Assembly (NCBI GenBank): GCA_945871425.1
Contig: CAMBVS010000008.1
Location: 18,325-82,324, forward strand
Direction of reading: 5' to 3'
From: Rhizobium sp. Q54
Lineage (GTDB): Bacteria; Pseudomonadota; Alphaproteobacteria; SHVZ01
DNA length: 64,000 bases
Of this stretch, positions 26,923 through 36,973 are shown one piece after another. The number at the start of each line of letters is the position of its first letter. Position 1 is the first letter of the stretch. The notes beneath the pieces are model-generated. The model saw only the letters and a program-made list of their open reading frames with translations, was not told the DNA's origin and did not search any database. The position numbers and the translations under genes are program-made.

Positions 26923-28089
26923 CTAGAGGCCGACCGTGTCCAGGATCTCCTTCACCACCGCGGAACACTCGAAGTGGTCCTCGGCGATCTTGCGGGCGGC
27001 CTTGCGGTGAGTCTCGTAGTCGGCGTCGATGGCGTCCAGCGCCGCGATCGCCTGGCTGTGGTCGGTGAATGAGAAGAGGCCCTTCCCGGTCGGGATGATC
27101 TTCTCGAAGCCGGCCGACTGCATGATCACCGGCCGCCCGCTGGCGAGGTAGCAGACGCTGCGGTCGGAGAACCAACCGGACTTGGTGCGGACATAGATGT
27201 CCTTGGCCACCGTGAACTCGCCCCGCGAGCGGCGGACGAAGTCGGCATAGGAGTCCATGGTCTCCGATTGCACGGCGCCGTCCAGCACCCGCCAGCCGGC
27301 CTCCTCGACCTGGGCGTTGACCGAGGCATCGGGCGTGATCAGCGCCAGCTCGAACGCCCGACCGCTCCGCTTCGGCATGTCAAGGAACTTGAGGAAGTTG
27401 GTGTGCTTCGACCACTGGTAGGACTGGCCCTGCCAGCGGACGTTCTTGCCCTTGTTCTGCCAGGTGGCGACCGAGGTGAACGCCGCCGGCGCCGGGCGGC
27501 CGTCATAAGGCCAGAGCTCGAGGTCGACCGGCGGCCGCGTCGGCTTCCAGGGTCGCGTGCCGGCCGGGATCAGGCAGTCGGGCGAGCCGATGTTCTGGCC
27601 ATAGGTGAACAGGTGGGTGTGGGCGTCGACGAATTCGGTCGAGTAGGCGTCCTCCTGAGCGATCTTGATCTGCTCGTAGCCCGGATCGGTGTCGATCAGG
27701 ATGCGCACCGGGCAGGCCATGTGCTCGTCGCGCAGCTTGGTCGAGCCGCAGAGATTGATGAGCGCGTCGGCCTCGCCGTAGAGCGCCATCATCCGCTCGC
27801 GCCCGACGCCGGCCCAGCTGCCTTCCTTGACCGGATCCCAATAGCCCCAGCGGTCGCCCAACCCCAGGCGCTCCATCATCGCGCGGACATAGGCGATGTT
27901 GTACGTCGAGTCCCAGACCAGCTGGTTCTCCTTGGGCGAATATGGGTTCACCCCGTTGTCCTCGACGTACCAGACGTCGTGGCCGAGGCGCTTCAGCGCC
28001 GAGAGGTATTGCGTCGCCTGCCAGGCGATGCCGGCCAGCGGCATCTGGCCGACGAAGTGATGGACGAGGATGGTCTTCTTGCGGCTCAC
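26923..28089 (-). CDS. Glycosyltransferase-like protein (GT-B-like; C-terminus resembles Glyco_trans_1_2/DUF3880-type proteins)
   Basis: The N-terminus KKTILVHHFVGQMPLAGIAWQATQYLSALKRLGHDVWYVED and the C-terminus SGWFSDRSVCYLASGRPVIMQ...HRKAARKIAEDHF fit this family. The assignment is by eye only. Confidence 0.5.
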   Translation of the reverse strand: MSRKKTILVHHFVGQMPLAGIAWQATQYLSALKRLGHDVWYVEDNGVNPYSPKENQLVWDSTYNIAYVRAMMERLGLGDRWGYWDPVKEGSWAGVGRERMMALYGEADALINLCGSTKLRDEHMACPVRILIDTDPGYEQIKIAQEDAYSTEFVDAHTHLFTYGQNIGSPDCLIPAGTRPWKPTRPPVDLELWPYDGRPAPAAFTSVATWQNKGKNVRWQGQSYQWSKHTNFLKFLDMPKRSGRAFELALITPDASVNAQVEEAGWRVLDGAVQSETMDSYADFVRRSRGEFTVAKDIYVRTKSGWFSDRSVCYLASGRPVIMQSAGFEKIIPTGKGLFSFTDHSQAIAALDAIDADYETHRKAARKIAEDHFECSAVVKEILDTVGL

Positions 28090-28118
28090 GGGCGTGCTTC
28101 CGTCGGGAGGCGGCGACC

Positions 28119-28559
28119 ATGGCCAGCGAGCCCCCGGCGGTCAAGAGGCAGGTGCGAATACGGCTCTCTGGGTCGTGGCCCAGCAGACCACCACCACGGT
28201 CACCCCCGTCGCCCGCTCCGATGCCGGCGCCGAAGACCTATCTCGTCTTCCTCGACTTCAATAAGTCCGAGATCACGCCCGAGGCCACCCGCATCATCAA
28301 GCAGGCGGCCGACGACGCAAAGCGCGGTAGCGTCCGCCTCGTCGTGGCAACCGGTCACGCCGACCGCTCCGGCCCGACCGATTACAACCAGCGCCTCTCC
28401 GAGCGCCGCGCCGTTGCGGTCAAGGGTGCGCTGATCGGCGAAGGCCTGGCGCCGAACTCCATCCAGACCACCGGACGGGGTGAGAACGACAACCTGGTCC
28501 CGACCGCCGATGGCGCCCGCGAGCCGCGGAACCGCCGGGTCGAGATCGCCTTCCGGTAA
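28119..28559 (+). CDS. OmpA-like (OmpA_C/peptidoglycan-binding) domain protein lacking a recognisable signal peptide; possibly 5'-truncated
   Basis: The C-terminal domain is TGHADRSGPTDYNQRLSERRAVAV...NRRVEIAF, preceded by a Pro-rich linker. No hydrophobic N-terminus exists in any frame. ATG 28119 lies only 29 nt from the divergent gene start. Confidence 0.55.
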   Translation: MASEPPAVKRQVRIRLSGSWPSRPPPRSPPSPAPMPAPKTYLVFLDFNKSEITPEATRIIKQAADDAKRGSVRLVVATGHADRSGPTDYNQRLSERRAVAVKGALIGEGLAPNSIQTTGRGENDNLVPTADGAREPRNRRVEIAFR

Positions 28560-28588
28560 ACCGCTCGACGCCTGGACGTGACGAAGAC

Positions 28589-28620
28589 GGGCCGCCGGAG
28601 CTCCGGCGGCCCGTTTCCGT
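28589..28620 (+). terminator. Rho-independent terminator
   Basis: GGGCCGCCGGAG/CTCCGGCGGCCC is a perfect inverted repeat, followed by GTTTCCGTT. Confidence 0.7.
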
Positions 28621-28696
28621 TCCGGAGGCCGGCTGCGCGCATTGGTCGCGACGGCAGGGTCTACAAACGGCCCGATTTCAGGTATCCGATGGGGTC

Positions 28697-29368
28697 ATGA
28701 TCCACCTCATGCCCCGCCTCATCGTCCTGCTCGCCCTCGCCGGCTGCACCGCCACCGGCATCGCTGGCGATCCCATCACCCGCACCTTCCAGTGGGGCGA
28801 CGTCATGGCCGGCAACGACATCCGCCGGAGCTGCGGGCCGGGCGCCCCCGAACGCTGGCGCTTCATCTACAACGGCGTCTATTCCGAGCAGGTACGGGTC
28901 TACGAGATCGATGCCGGCGGCCTCGACGCCCGGGTCTTCGACCGCCCCAACCTCGCGCAATTCGGCAGGCTCGAGTTCGACCAGTTCATGCATGGCGCCG
29001 GCAACCGGACGCCGATCACGCGGGATGACCTCCGCCGCATCGTGAGCGTGTGGGAGAGCGACCTTCCCAAGGCCGTGAGGCCCGGCGACCACCTGCGGTC
29101 CGACCGTTTCTTCTGGACGACGGCCGGTTGCCGCGAGGGACGCTTCGTCGTCGCCGCTTTCAACTATCCCGCCGACGCCTCGTCCCCCTTCGCCTTCCCG
29201 CAGGAGCTCGCCCGTTTCGACCGCACCGGCCGGCCGGTCAATCCGCCGCGCCCGATCGCCCGCGACGCCGGCGTCATGGCGGACTTCACGTCGAGCCGGC
29301 ATAGTAACGACGGCAGCGTCCGATTCCTGCTGAAGGTCACCGAGGGCGGTATCCAGCAGGGATACTAG
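28697..29368 (+). CDS. Hypothetical lipoprotein
   Basis: Signal peptide with lipobox LALAGC. No family was recognised. Confidence 0.6.
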   Translation: MIHLMPRLIVLLALAGCTATGIAGDPITRTFQWGDVMAGNDIRRSCGPGAPERWRFIYNGVYSEQVRVYEIDAGGLDARVFDRPNLAQFGRLEFDQFMHGAGNRTPITRDDLRRIVSVWESDLPKAVRPGDHLRSDRFFWTTAGCREGRFVVAAFNYPADASSPFAFPQELARFDRTGRPVNPPRPIARDAGVMADFTSSRHSNDGSVRFLLKVTEGGIQQGY

Positions 29369-29380
29369 GAGTCCAGGCCC

Positions 29381-30100
29381 GTGACCGCGGTCGACGTCGA
29401 CTGGGGCGAACGCGGACTTGCCCGTCTCCTCGACTCCGTCGAAGCCATCGCCATCGTCGACGTGCTGTCCTTCTCGACCTGCGTCTCCGTCGCTGCCGAC
29501 CGCGGCATCGCCATCTATCCGGTCGGCAGCAGCCGCGACGGCGCCGACCTTGCGGCGCGCCTAGGGGCCCGACTCGCCAGGCGCCGGACCGACGCCGGCC
29601 CCGGCGATGTCAGCCTCTCCCCCGCCAGCCTTCGAAGCCCGTCCCCCGGAAGTGCGGTCGTCCTGCCCTCGCCCAACGGCTCCGCTCTATCGGCCCTCGC
29701 TTCGGCCCGACCGGGCGTCGCCGTCTATGCCGGCTGCCTCAGGAACCGACGGGCGGTCGCCACGGCGCTGGCCGGCTTCTCCCGGGTCGGCATCGTCGCC
29801 GCCGGCGAGCGCTGGCCGGACGACAGCCTGCGACCGGCGATCGAGGACTGGCTCGGGGCCGGCGCCCTGGTCGATGCACTCGCCGACGCCCTGCCGACGG
29901 CAGAAGCCGAACTTGCCCGCACGTCGTTCCGCGCCGCGAAGGCGGACCTCGCACGCCTGATGGTCGACAGTCTCTCAGGCCGGGAGCTGACAGCCGAGGG
30001 GCATGCCGGCGACGTCGCCGTGGCCGCGGAACTCGACGGGTCCGACCTGGCGCCGCGATTGACCGCGGGCGCCTACAAGCCTCAGGCCGTTCGCCGATAG
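29381..30100 (+). CDS. 2-phosphosulfolactate phosphatase (ComB)-family protein
   Basis: GTG start. The motif IAIVDVLSFSTCVS is typical of the ComB family. The assignment is by eye. Confidence 0.6.
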   Translation: MTAVDVDWGERGLARLLDSVEAIAIVDVLSFSTCVSVAADRGIAIYPVGSSRDGADLAARLGARLARRRTDAGPGDVSLSPASLRSPSPGSAVVLPSPNGSALSALASARPGVAVYAGCLRNRRAVATALAGFSRVGIVAAGERWPDDSLRPAIEDWLGAGALVDALADALPTAEAELARTSFRAAKADLARLMVDSLSGRELTAEGHAGDVAVAAELDGSDLAPRLTAGAYKPQAVRR

Positions 30101-31008
30101 ATCCGCCGGGTCGGGAAGGTGACCTTGAGCTCGGCCCAGCCGCGTTCGGCCGCCGGAAAGTCCGGCGCCTTTCCCTTGCGCGCCTGCTCATCGAGCTTGA
30201 CGATGCGCTCGCGCGTGCCGGGGTGGGTCGAGAACAGCGATGTCGTCCCCGAGGCATCCTGATGGATCAGCTGCAGCAGCGTCCTGAAGAAGCGCGACGC
30301 CTTGGCCGGATCGTAGCCGGCGAGATCGAAGACCTGCAGCACGTGGGCATCGGCGGCGAACTCGCTCGACTGCGAGTAGCCGGAGGTGACCATGTTGTAG
30401 ATCGGGTCCCTGAGCGCATCGAGCACCGCTCCCGTGAGTGCGCCGCCGGCGCCCGAGAGGCGCTGAGTCAGAACTTCGCGGCCGACCTGGGTCATGCCCT
30501 TGGTGAAGGCTTCGCTCTTCATCTGCGCCAGCGCGTGGCTGAGCTCGGCATGACCGACCTCATGCGCGATCACCGCCGCCAGCTCCGCCGGATCGTCGCA
30601 GTAGCGCACCAGCCCTTTGTTGATCGCGAGCTTGCCGCCCGGCAATGCCCAGGCGTTGACGGTGTCGTCCTCCAGCAGCACGAACTCCCAGGGGAGATGC
30701 GGGCGCTTGCTGGTGCGGATGATCGGGAGCGCGAACTGGGCAATGGCCGCCTGGGCGGCGCGGTTGCGGTAGGGACCGCCCGAGCGGTCGATGAACGATC
30801 CATAGAAGGTCTCGCCCATCCGGATCTCGTCGGCCTCGCCGAGGCTCATACCCTGGAACAGATCCTGCGCGCCCGACAGCACGCGCCCGAGATCGAAGCC
30901 GCCACGTGAACCACCGAAGGGATTGAACTGCGCCATCGCGGGCGTCGCCGCTATGGCGGCGCACCCGCCGAGGAAGGCACGTCGTCCGAGCCGGTGATGC
31001 GAGCTCAT
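30082..31008 (-). CDS. M48-family zinc metallopeptidase with a Tat-type signal
   Basis: RRAFLGG twin-arginine signal and the HEVGHAELSH (HExxH) motif. Confidence 0.85.
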   Translation of the reverse strand: MSSHHRLGRRAFLGGCAAIAATPAMAQFNPFGGSRGGFDLGRVLSGAQDLFQGMSLGEADEIRMGETFYGSFIDRSGGPYRNRAAQAAIAQFALPIIRTSKRPHLPWEFVLLEDDTVNAWALPGGKLAINKGLVRYCDDPAELAAVIAHEVGHAELSHALAQMKSEAFTKGMTQVGREVLTQRLSGAGGALTGAVLDALRDPIYNMVTSGYSQSSEFAADAHVLQVFDLAGYDPAKASRFFRTLLQLIHQDASGTTSLFSTHPGTRERIVKLDEQARKGKAPDFPAAERGWAELKVTFPTRRIYRRTA

Positions 31009-31018
31009 GGGGTCGCTC

Positions 31019-33109
31019 CTACTTGGTCTTCATCGCGAAGGCGCCGTTCCAGTCCGCGGGTGGCGGTTCGCTGAGATAGTGCCGGCAACGCGCGGCATAG
31101 ACCGTCGCCGCCGGATCGATCGCGGACAAGGCATCGAAGGCGGCCGCCGCGGCGGAGAAGTCGCGGCGGTCATAGACGTCGAGCGCGGCATGGAAGTCGC
31201 GGACCCTTGCCGCGAGCTCGCCCACCCCACCGATCACCTCGAACACCACGACCGGCTGCTTCTTGCCCTTGACCACCAGGCGGTCGAGCCGGCGCAGCAG
31301 GAAGCCGCCGTCGAGGTTCGCGGCGACATCCTCGCTGATCATGATGCGCGAGCCGTATTCCTTGTTGGCGCCTTCGAGACGGGCAGCGAGGTTCACGGTA
31401 TCGCCGGTCGCCGTGTAGTTGAGGCGCGCGCGCGAGCCCATGTTGCCGACCACGGCGATGCCGGCATGGATGCCGATCCGTGTGCCGATCGGCGTCATGT
31501 CGTATTCACCGACCACCACCTCGGCATTGAAGCGGTCGAGCGCCTTCAGGCAATCGGCCGCCGCCTCGACCGCGTGGCGGTCGGCAAGCGGGTCGTCGAG
31601 CGGCGCGTTCCAGATCGCCATCACGGCGTCGCCGATGTACTTGTCGACGTAGCCGCCGCGCGCCTCGACCGCCTCGGTCATCACCGTCAGGTACTTGTTG
31701 AGGATCTCGACCAGCCGCTCCGGCCGGTCGCGAAGCCGCTCGCTGATGGTGGTGAAGCCGGCGATGTCCGAGAAGAACACGGTGACGCGGCGCTTCTCGC
31801 CGCCGAGGCGGAGCGCTCCCGGATCGGCGGCGAGCCGGTCGACCAGCACCGGCGCCAGGTAGTGGCGGAAGGCGTGCTGGATCCAGCGCCTCTCCCGGTC
31901 CTCGACGATGAAACGATAGGCGTAGACCGCCGCATAGGCGAGGAAACCGGTGACGGCGAGGAGCGCGATCGGAACGACACCGCCGGCGGCGAAGTCCGCC
32001 ACCGCCATGCCGATCTCGATGGCCAGCACGGCGGCTCCGGCCACCGGCCCGGTCGCAGGCTTCACCAGGAAGAACAGGAGGGCGAAGACCAGCACGCTGC
32101 CGCCGACGACCAGGAACGAGGCGCCGCCTGACAACGGCACGAGGTAGAGCCCCTTGGTCATGGTGTTGATTGCGGCGGCATGGATGAGCACGCCGGGGAT
32201 CGAGCGGCGATCGCCGAGCGACCCGAAGCGATCGGGCTCGGCTGCCACCCGGCAACGCTCAGGCGCGGCGCGGGCATCCGCCCGCGTCGACATCGCCAGG
32301 CGCTTCGAGCTGAGGAAGCGGTCCTCAAGATCGAGCACCTCGCCGAAAAGGACGATCTTTCCGTGGAAGTGACGGGCGAAGTAGCCGGCATCGCCCTCGC
32401 CGGCGCAGCTCCAGAGATCGACCATGCTGTGGACGGGAACGTCACCGGCGCCGGTGTTGAAGTTGATCAGGAAGTCGCTGTCCGGAGGCACCGCCCCTGC
32501 CCGCCTGGCGAGCTCGGCACCGAAGGACGGCGTCTGCCCGCCCGCCTCGTCGGCAAAGGCACTGAAATATGAGCGGATGACGTCGTCCGGATCGACGCTG
32601 AGATTGAGCAGGCGGAGGTTGGCGCGGCCCCTGGCCGCGGCGATCTGGCCGGGATAGGGCTCGACCGTTTCGGCACTGAGCCGTGCCGCGCCGAGAACCA
32701 GGCGATCCGTCTCAGCCGCCTTCCGCAGCGCCAGGAGGAACGGGCGGTCATAGCCGCGGAGCAGTTCCGGGCGATCGAGACTGGTCGGATAGATCACGTC
32801 GAAGCCGATCGCCTTCGGCCCGGCAGCATCGATCGCCTCCAGCACCCGGGCGAGATGCGGCGTCCAGGCGACCTTCGGCGTATTCCTGAACGGCTCGGTA
32901 CGATAGCTCTGCTCGTCGATCGCAACGACCACGACGTCGGAGGCGGCCGGCGGGAACAGCGGCCCATAGACCGCGTGGCGGAGCGCTAGCAGCACGTCGA
33001 TACCCATCCGCTGCAGCAGCACCGAGGCCGGCACAAGCGAAGCTGCCCCGCCGGCGAGCGCCAGCCCCGCGGCAACCGCGAGGCGAAGCTGCCAGTTGCG
33101 GGAAAACAC
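31019..33109 (-). CDS. CHASE2-domain adenylate/guanylate cyclase (class III)
   Basis: An N-terminal TM is followed by a periplasmic region of about 300 aa and a TM bundle. The cyclase core follows (VTVFFSDIAGFTTISE, YIGDAVMAIW, GDTVNLAARLE). The start is tentatively GTG 33109. The track ORF (to 33298) overlaps the upstream gene. Confidence 0.85.
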   Translation of the reverse strand: MFSRNWQLRLAVAAGLALAGGAASLVPASVLLQRMGIDVLLALRHAVYGPLFPPAASDVVVVAIDEQSYRTEPFRNTPKVAWTPHLARVLEAIDAAGPKAIGFDVIYPTSLDRPELLRGYDRPFLLALRKAAETDRLVLGAARLSAETVEPYPGQIAAARGRANLRLLNLSVDPDDVIRSYFSAFADEAGGQTPSFGAELARRAGAVPPDSDFLINFNTGAGDVPVHSMVDLWSCAGEGDAGYFARHFHGKIVLFGEVLDLEDRFLSSKRLAMSTRADARAAPERCRVAAEPDRFGSLGDRRSIPGVLIHAAAINTMTKGLYLVPLSGGASFLVVGGSVLVFALLFFLVKPATGPVAGAAVLAIEIGMAVADFAAGGVVPIALLAVTGFLAYAAVYAYRFIVEDRERRWIQHAFRHYLAPVLVDRLAADPGALRLGGEKRRVTVFFSDIAGFTTISERLRDRPERLVEILNKYLTVMTEAVEARGGYVDKYIGDAVMAIWNAPLDDPLADRHAVEAAADCLKALDRFNAEVVVGEYDMTPIGTRIGIHAGIAVVGNMGSRARLNYTATGDTVNLAARLEGANKEYGSRIMISEDVAANLDGGFLLRRLDRLVVKGKKQPVVVFEVIGGVGELAARVRDFHAALDVYDRRDFSAAAAAFDALSAIDPAATVYAARCRHYLSEPPPADWNGAFAMKTK

Positions 33110-33131
33110 GCGCCGGCCCGGGCGAGGAGGT

Positions 33132-33938
33132 TCAGAGGGCGCCGACGGGGACGACACGATTGGCCAGCGTGTCCGGAACGTCGAGGCCGGGATCGACCGA
33201 AAACGACGCGGCGCGGACGAGCTGCTGGTCGTCCCAGACCTCGACCCTATAGGGCATCCCGGTTGCAAGCCGCGGCGCGCCCGCCGGGTATTCGGCATAG
33301 GCGCTGTTACTGACGACTTGCCAGACGACCTCGACCGGCGCCTTGTCCATGTGAAGGATACGTATGGTGACCGGGCGACCGATCGCCTCCCACTTGAAGA
33401 CCGGTTGCGCCCGCTTGATCACCCGCTCCTCCCAGCTGCGGCCGGTGAAGGGCGTGACGCGGTTGACGGCGGTGCCGGCCTCGGTCGCGCTTGCCTGGAT
33501 CACCGGCGTCGGCGGCCGACAACCGGGCTCGGTCTGCGCCTGCAGGCGGCCGCCGGAAACGCCACTGCCGGCGGCGTGGATGGTGACGGTACCGCCGACG
33601 ATGTCCTCGACCAAGCAGCCGGAAAGATGGGAGAGCGTGAGGCGGCCTCGCGGGCCGAGCGTAACCGTCTGGCCGGCAAAGACATAGTCCATGAACTGAA
33701 GGCCGGCCTGAGGCGCACCCTCGACCGCCTCGACCACGGCGACGGCATCGGTGCCGAGCCCGGCGGCGGCGGGCGCGGCGCCGCCCTGCACCCGGTTGAC
33801 GGCAGGCTGCGGACGGGATGAGTCCGGCGTCGGTGAGAACTTCTGGAGGAGGCTGCCGAAGGGAAGCTGCTGGGCTACGGCCGGCGTCGCGCCGAGAAGG
33901 ACCGCCGCAACGAGCGAGATAGTGAGACCCTTGATCAT
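33132..33938 (-). CDS. Secreted FecR-like domain protein
   Basis: Signal peptide (start set at ATG 33938, MIKGLTISL). The beta-rich region resembles FecR-type domains. It lies 22 nt upstream of the CHASE2 cyclase. Confidence 0.5.
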   Translation of the reverse strand: MIKGLTISLVAAVLLGATPAVAQQLPFGSLLQKFSPTPDSSRPQPAVNRVQGGAAPAAAGLGTDAVAVVEAVEGAPQAGLQFMDYVFAGQTVTLGPRGRLTLSHLSGCLVEDIVGGTVTIHAAGSGVSGGRLQAQTEPGCRPPTPVIQASATEAGTAVNRVTPFTGRSWEERVIKRAQPVFKWEAIGRPVTIRILHMDKAPVEVVWQVVSNSAYAEYPAGAPRLATGMPYRVEVWDDQQLVRAASFSVDPGLDVPDTLANRVVPVGAL

Positions 33939-34234
33939 CGTCGGCCCCCGGGGCTGTTCCCCCAACCCATGTGCATCCTGGCAGAGTCTGGCCGCCGAAA
34001 CTGTGCCGGCCGTCACATAAGCGCGGGCCGGGCCGCTTCTTCCGGAGCGTATGGCTCCGTCACCATCTCCAAACGAAGAACTACGATGTTCTTAGGGACA
34101 TTTACTTTCGATCGCGGCAGGCTCTTCCGTCCGCATGGCGTTGTATTGCGCCGGGTCTTCGCCGCTCGGCCAGCTACGTCAGGCGGGCGGCTTTACGTGG
34201 GATCCGGGCGGCGGATCGGCTATAGGATGTTTCG

Positions 34235-34960
34235 ATGTTCCTCCTCAAGACCACACGCGAAAATCTCGTCCAGCTCCTGCCCGAAGGAGGCGTCGGTGTC
34301 GAGATCGGCGTGGCCGAGGGCAATTTCGCCGAGGTTCTCCTCACGCGAGCGGGCCGCCTCCATCTGATCGACCCGTGGGAGCATCAGGTTGATCCGGCCT
34401 ATCTCGCCGATCCGAGCAACGTCGATCAGGCCGAGGCCGATCATCGCTACGCCACCGCCCGCACCCGGTTCGCCTCGGCGAGCGAAGCCGGCCGCGTCGT
34501 CATCCATCGCGCCTACTCGGACGACGTGGCGCAGGACTTTCCCGATCAGAGCCTCGACTGGGTCTATATCGACGGCGCGCATCACTTCGAGGCCTGCCTC
34601 GCCGACCTCCGCAACTACCTGCCGAAGATCAAGCCGGATGGGCTCATTCTGGGCCACGACTACGCCAGCCATTCCGCCGCCAAGTCCATGGGCTTCGACG
34701 TGGTCGAGGCCGTGAACCAGTTCGTCCGCGACGGGGCTGTCGAGATGATCGTCCTCACCTACGAGCCTTACCCGACCTACGTCCTCGCCAGGACGCCGCT
34801 CGCCGGTCGAGCACAGACGTTCCTGGCATCGGCTCTCTATCATTTCGAGATTGCCATGGAGATCCGGAACCCGGAAGCCAAACGTCTCAGCCAGACCATG
34901 ATCACGCTGTCGGCCGGCACGGAAGAGGTCGGCAGCAAGCTCCTGATGATCATCGAATAG
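34235..34960 (+). CDS. Class I SAM-dependent methyltransferase
   Basis: GVEIGVAEGNF (motif I-like) and YIDGAHHFEACLADL are typical of Methyltransf_24-like proteins. Confidence 0.7.
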   Translation: MFLLKTTRENLVQLLPEGGVGVEIGVAEGNFAEVLLTRAGRLHLIDPWEHQVDPAYLADPSNVDQAEADHRYATARTRFASASEAGRVVIHRAYSDDVAQDFPDQSLDWVYIDGAHHFEACLADLRNYLPKIKPDGLILGHDYASHSAAKSMGFDVVEAVNQFVRDGAVEMIVLTYEPYPTYVLARTPLAGRAQTFLASALYHFEIAMEIRNPEAKRLSQTMITLSAGTEEVGSKLLMIIE

Positions 34961-35010
34961 GCCTCGCGGGATTCCGGGCGCCCGAGATCTTCCTCGGCGA
35001 CACAGCTTCG

Positions 35011-35889
35011 CTAGGCCGCATCCTCCTCGGCCGATTTGCGGCGGAGATGCCGGGCCTCCTCGGCGACCGCGCGGGCATCGGCGTCGTAGACCACCCGCCC
35101 CTTGCCCGAGAGCACCAGAAATCGCCTGCCCTTGGCCCGGCCGATCATCGTCAGGCCCGCCCTCTCGGCGAGGTCGACGCCCCAGGCGGTGCATCCGGAG
35201 CGCGAGATCAGGATCGGGATCCCCATCTGCACCGTCTTGATCACCATCTCCGAGGTGAGCCGCCCGGTGGTGTAGAAGATCTTGTCGCCGCCGGCGACCC
35301 GGTTCATCGCCATCCAGCCGGCGACCTTGTCGACGGCGTTGTGGCGTCCGACATCCTCCATGTAGATCAGCGGCCGGTCGCGCTCGCAGAGCACGCAGCC
35401 ATGGATGGCGCCGGCCTCGAGATAGAGGCTGGGTACCGCGTTGATCTTGCGCGAGAGGGTGTAGATCCACGAGGTGCGGAGCTCGGCAGCCGCCGGCAGG
35501 CGCGACGCGTCGAAGGTCTCCATGACGTCGCCGAAGGCGGTGCCCTGGGCGCAGCCGGAGGTCAGGGTCTTCTTCTTGAGCTTGGTCTCGAAATCGGTGG
35601 TGGTCGGCGTCCGCACCACCACCGTCTCGATCTCGGGGTCGTAGTCGATGCCGTCGACCGGGTCGCCGGCCTTCAGCATGTTCTGGTTCAACAGGTATCC
35701 CAGCGCCAAGTATTCGGGATAGTCGCCGATCGTCATCATGGTGACGATCTCGCGCTTGTTGAGATAGAGCGTCAGCGGCCGTTCGGTCGGCACGCCCAGC
35801 TCGACCGGCCGACCCTCCTCGTCGGTGGCGACGACCCGGCGGGTGAGCCGGGGGTCGGCCGGGTCCGGTCGGATGGCGAACTCGTCCAT
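35011..35889 (-). CDS. fdhD: Formate dehydrogenase accessory sulfurtransferase
   Basis: FdhD-type sequence ([26 protein letters not shown]). The start is uncertain (35889, 35931 or 35982). Confidence 0.85.
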   Translation of the reverse strand: MDEFAIRPDPADPRLTRRVVATDEEGRPVELGVPTERPLTLYLNKREIVTMMTIGDYPEYLALGYLLNQNMLKAGDPVDGIDYDPEIETVVVRTPTTTDFETKLKKKTLTSGCAQGTAFGDVMETFDASRLPAAAELRTSWIYTLSRKINAVPSLYLEAGAIHGCVLCERDRPLIYMEDVGRHNAVDKVAGWMAMNRVAGGDKIFYTTGRLTSEMVIKTVQMGIPILISRSGCTAWGVDLAERAGLTMIGRAKGRRFLVLSGKGRVVYDADARAVAEEARHLRRKSAEEDAA

Positions 35890-35980
35890 GGCCGGCACTC
35901 TGGGACCGTCGGCAGGCCCAGGCAAGACCATGGCGAGAACGGGGCTGATTTTCCGGGCCGGCGGGCCTACATTACTCTCC

Positions 35981-36973
35981 ATGATCGATCCATTCGGTCG
36001 CCATATCAGCTACTTGCGCGTCTCGGTCACGGACCGCTGCGACTTCCGCTGCGTCTACTGCATGGCCGAGGACATGACCTTCCTGCCGAAGGCGGAGATC
36101 CTGTCGCTGGAGGAGCTCGACCGGCTCTGCTCGGTCTTCGTCGGCCTCGGCGTCAAGAAGCTCCGGCTGACCGGAGGGGAGCCGCTGGTCCGGCGCGGCA
36201 TCATGCAGCTGTTCCGCTCGCTCTCGCGCCACCTGAAGTCGGGGGCGCTGCAGGAGCTGACCGTCACCACCAACGGCAGCCAGCTCGCCAAGCACGCGGA
36301 GGAGCTGGCCGCCTGCGGCGTCAAGCGCGTCAACGTCTCGATCGACACCCTCGATCCCGAGAAGTTCACTGAGATCACCCGCTGGGGTCAGCTGCCGAAG
36401 GTGCTGGACGGGATCGAGGCGGCGAAGGCCGCGGGCCTCAAGGTGAAGGTCAACGCGGTGGCGCTGCGTGGCGTCAACGACGACGAGTTGTCGGAGATGG
36501 TGGGCTGGTGCGGCCGCAACGGCCACGACATGACCATCATCGAGGTCATGCCGATGGGCGACATCGGCGGCGAGCAGCGGCTCGACCAGTACCTGCCGCT
36601 CAGCATGGTGCGCTCGCGCCTGAAACGCGACTGGGCCTTGGAAGACGTCGACTATCACACGGGCGGTCCCGCCCGCTACGTCCGGGTCAAGGAGACCGGA
36701 CAGATGCTGGGCTTCATCACGCCGCTGACCCATAATTTCTGCGAAAGCTGCAACCGCGTCAGGCTCACCTGCACCGGCACGCTCTACATGTGCCTCGGCC
36801 AGGACGATGCTGCCGACCTTCGCGCCCCGCTCCGGGCGAGCGGGTCCGACGAGGCGCTGCTGGCGGCGATCCGCGAGGCAATCTCGCGGAAGCCCAAGGG
36901 CCACGACTTCATCATCGACCGCCGCCACACCGGTCCCGCGGTCGCCCGGCACATGAGCGTGACCGGCGGGTGA
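35981..36973 (+). CDS. moaA: GTP 3',8-cyclase (molybdenum cofactor biosynthesis protein A)
   Basis: Radical-SAM motif CDFRCVYC and C-terminal [14 protein letters not shown]. The start is ATG 35981. Confidence 0.92.
   Translation: MIDPFGRHISYLRVSVTDRCDFRCVYCMAEDMTFLPKAEILSLEELDRLCSVFVGLGVKKLRLTGGEPLVRRGIMQLFRSLSRHLKSGALQELTVTTNGSQLAKHAEELAACGVKRVNVSIDTLDPEKFTEITRWGQLPKVLDGIEAAKAAGLKVKVNAVALRGVNDDELSEMVGWCGRNGHDMTIIEVMPMGDIGGEQRLDQYLPLSMVRSRLKRDWALEDVDYHTGGPARYVRVKETGQMLGFITPLTHNFCESCNRVRLTCTGTLYMCLGQDDAADLRAPLRASGSDEALLAAIREAISRKPKGHDFIIDRRHTGPAVARHMSVTGG

Noticed and set aside
35890-35980. Possible molybdenum-cofactor riboswitch between fdhD and moaA
   Set aside because: The intergenic region is at most about 90 nt, shorter than a Moco riboswitch. 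It also lacks the conserved Moco motif blocks as I recall them.
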